Below are positions 55,045 through 56,473 of a stretch of DNA of 56,473 bases, piece after piece (within the stretch, counting starts at the first letter, position 1; every line of letters starts with the position of its first letter). The stretch covers positions 1 to 56,473 of the forward strand of contig JAFYZY010000175.1 in the NCBI GenBank assembly GCA_017548485.1, in the 5' to 3' direction. Origin of the DNA: Oscillospiraceae bacterium (lineage in GTDB: Bacteria > Bacillota > Clostridia > Oscillospirales > Ruminococcaceae). The notes beneath the pieces were generated by a model. The model was given only the letters and a program-made list of their open reading frames with translations. It was not told the origin of the DNA and did no database searches. The translations under genes and the position numbers were made by a program.

Positions 55045-55941
55045 ATGAAGATCAAGTGCGAATACTGCGGAAGCTACTATTCCGATGTCAACACGAACTG
55101 CCCGAACTGCGGCGCTCCCAACGTCAACACTCAGAGAACGGGAAAAGGAGTGCCGAGGACCATCGAGGAACTCAAGGCGTTCTGTTCGCGGTACAATGTG
55201 CCTGTGGACAAGCTCCGCTTTTTCATCGGCGAGGATTACAGACAGCCCAAGGCGTTCGGCATCTACAGAGATGTCGACGGAGAATATGTAGTTTACAAGA
55301 ACAAAGCAGACGGCTCCAGATCCGTGAGATACAGGGGAACAGACGAGGAATACGCGGTCAACGAACTGTATCAGAAACTGAAGAGCGAATTCGCCAACAG
55401 GAGGAACGCGGAAGCCAGAGCTGCCGCGCAGAGACAGTCCGGAAGATCAAGCTCCGTGATGCCCCGCGGCCGGAGGAACCTTAAGGGATGCAGATCGGCG
55501 TTCATCATTCTGGCGATCATGTTTACTGTGTGGGTCATCCTGGGCGTCGTGGGGATCATGGTAAGCAACTTCTCCCATTCGCCTTCCACCGGATACTACA
55601 GCTACAACGGAGATACCTACTACAACTATCATGATGACTGGTACTACTATTCTCCCGGATACGGCTGGTATCCCACGGATGTAGACAGTTACTTTGGCAG
55701 CAACTACGACGACTATTATCAGTCTTATTCATACAGTTCCGACTATAATGTCTCCGATTTCTATGACAGCGACTATTATGATCCGTACGATTACAGTTCG
55801 GACTGGAGCAGCTCGGACTGGGATTCGGATTCCGACTGGAGCAGTTCAGACTGGGACAGCGGTTCGGACTGGGATTCCGGTTCCGACTGGGACAGCGGTT
55901 CGGACTGGGACAGCGGCACCGACTGGGACAGCGACTGGTAA
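55045..55941 (+). CDS. zinc-ribbon, single-TM protein with a Tyr/Asp/Ser/Trp-rich repetitive C-terminal tail, unknown function
   Basis: RBS GAGAGGAGGG precedes the ATG at 55045. CEYCGSYYSDVNTNCPNCG zinc ribbon, TM FIILAIMFTVWVILGVVGIMV, then an aromatic/acidic low-complexity tail ending in (SDWDSG)n. An extended -10 (TGCTATACT at 54972-54980) lies upstream. Confidence 0.65.
   Translation: MKIKCEYCGSYYSDVNTNCPNCGAPNVNTQRTGKGVPRTIEELKAFCSRYNVPVDKLRFFIGEDYRQPKAFGIYRDVDGEYVVYKNKADGSRSVRYRGTDEEYAVNELYQKLKSEFANRRNAEARAAAQRQSGRSSSVMPRGRRNLKGCRSAFIILAIMFTVWVILGVVGIMVSNFSHSPSTGYYSYNGDTYYNYHDDWYYYSPGYGWYPTDVDSYFGSNYDDYYQSYSYSSDYNVSDFYDSDYYDPYDYSSDWSSSDWDSDSDWSSSDWDSGSDWDSGSDWDSGSDWDSGTDWDSDW
55795..55938 (+). 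repeat. in-frame 18-nt tandem repeat (about 8 units) encoding SDW(D/S)S(G/D/S)
   Basis: Repeated TCGGACTGGGACAGCGGT-like units. Several adjacent copies are identical or differ by 1-3 nt. Confidence 0.85.
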
Positions 55942-55960
55942 GAAGACCGGGAAATGACAA

Positions 55961-55995
55961 AGACCTGCGTTACCGATGTAGCGCAGGTCTTTTTG
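55961..55995. terminator. intrinsic terminator between convergent genes
   Basis: AGACCTGCG / CGCAGGTCT stem with a 12-nt loop, followed by TTTTTG. The minus-strand gene ends at 56009. Confidence 0.7.
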
Positions 55996-56008
55996 ACTGA
56001 TCGTTTTG

Positions 56009-56473
56009 TCAGGTGTCTTGTTCCGGTTCAAAGAAGGATGCCTTTCCGCTGCTGCCGTAACCGTAGACATCCCGGTATTTCAGGTAGAAGAAAAGCGCAA
56101 CCAGGAAAGCGAGAGCCTCCGAAACGCAGAAGGTCCACCAGAACCCGTCCAGCCCGAAGAGCTTCGTCATCACGATCACGCTGAGGTTTGCGAACACCAC
56201 GTTCTCCATCAGGGTGATGATGGTCGCTACTCTGGGGTTCTGCAGACCAGTAAAGAGATCCTGGACCGCGATCACAAGTCCGAAGAACGGGAATGTCGGT
56301 GCGGCCGCACCAAGTCCTTTCAGGACCATCGCGACCAGCGCGGGATCCGAATCATCCTTGAGGTAGAGCTTTACAAGAGATCTCTTGCCCAGCAGATAGA
56401 GCGTGACGATCACAGCTGCGAGCAGTATCATGAGCTCCGCCAGCTGCCTTGCGATGCGCTTGATCCTCTCCGG
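56009..56473 (-). CDS. C-terminal part of a MATE-family efflux transporter, truncated by the window end
   Basis: The frame stays open to the window edge (PERIKRIARQLAELMILL...). Hydrophobic helices with a MATE-like pattern (GLDGFWWTFCVSEALAFLVALFFY). Confidence 0.55.
   Translation of the reverse strand, partial: PERIKRIARQLAELMILLAAVIVTLYLLGKRSLVKLYLKDDSDPALVAMVLKGLGAAAPTFPFFGLVIAVQDLFTGLQNPRVATIITLMENVVFANLSVIVMTKLFGLDGFWWTFCVSEALAFLVALFFYLKYRDVYGYGSSGKASFFEPEQDT

Noticed and set aside
55556-55960. 134-aa minus-strand ORF with a CPSR/NRCPS repeat overlapping the SDW-repeat gene.
   Set aside because: It is the reverse-complement reading of the 18-nt tandem repeat. It has no RBS, and the plus-strand gene has a clear promoter, RBS, zinc ribbon, TM and terminator.
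1-56473. CRISPR arrays, rRNA genes, insertion sequences, prophage or known defence systems.
   Set aside because: I found no regularly spaced direct repeats other than the in-frame 18-nt coding repeat at 55795-55938. I found no transposase, integrase, Cas, restriction-modification or toxin-antitoxin-like ORFs among the translated frames.

Overview
This window looks like a chromosomal, mostly core-genome segment of a Firmicutes/Clostridia-type bacterium. GC is moderately high, AGA/AGG and ATA codons are frequent, ribosome-binding sites are strong GGAGG-type, and many stop/start codons overlap. I call about 52 CDS, one tRNA-Ser(UGA), and a set of intrinsic terminators and SigA-like promoters.

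Housekeeping content:
- Translation and RNA: metG, lepA, pth, dtd, trmL, hpf, a ybaK-like deacylase, a THUMP RNA methyltransferase.
- Repair and stress: mfd, recJ, relA/spoT, mazG, hup.
- Envelope and division: sppA, an L,D-transpeptidase, alr, a SpoVB/MurJ-like flippase, divIC/ftsB.
- Second messenger and isoprenoid: cdaA-cdaR, a fused ispDF.
- Other: a hemZ-like radical SAM enzyme.

Accessory-looking content:
- An internally duplicated MoaF-like protein behind metG.
- A MacB-type ABC exporter with two different adaptor genes.
- A small tail-anchored protein plus an SPFH/stomatin protein.
- A YozG-type HTH / DUF2975 / polytopic membrane / lipoprotein operon.
- Two esterases.
- A zinc-ribbon membrane protein ending in a perfect 18-nt tandem repeat, (SDWDSG)n.

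I saw no rRNA, CRISPR array, transposase, integrase, phage genes or recognisable defence system. I cannot point to a clear-cut novel system. The findings are ranked candidates, and all family assignments come from by-eye motif recognition without database searches. Many ORF-track start codons looked too far upstream. I re-called them from RBS or promoter context, and those start coordinates are inferences.
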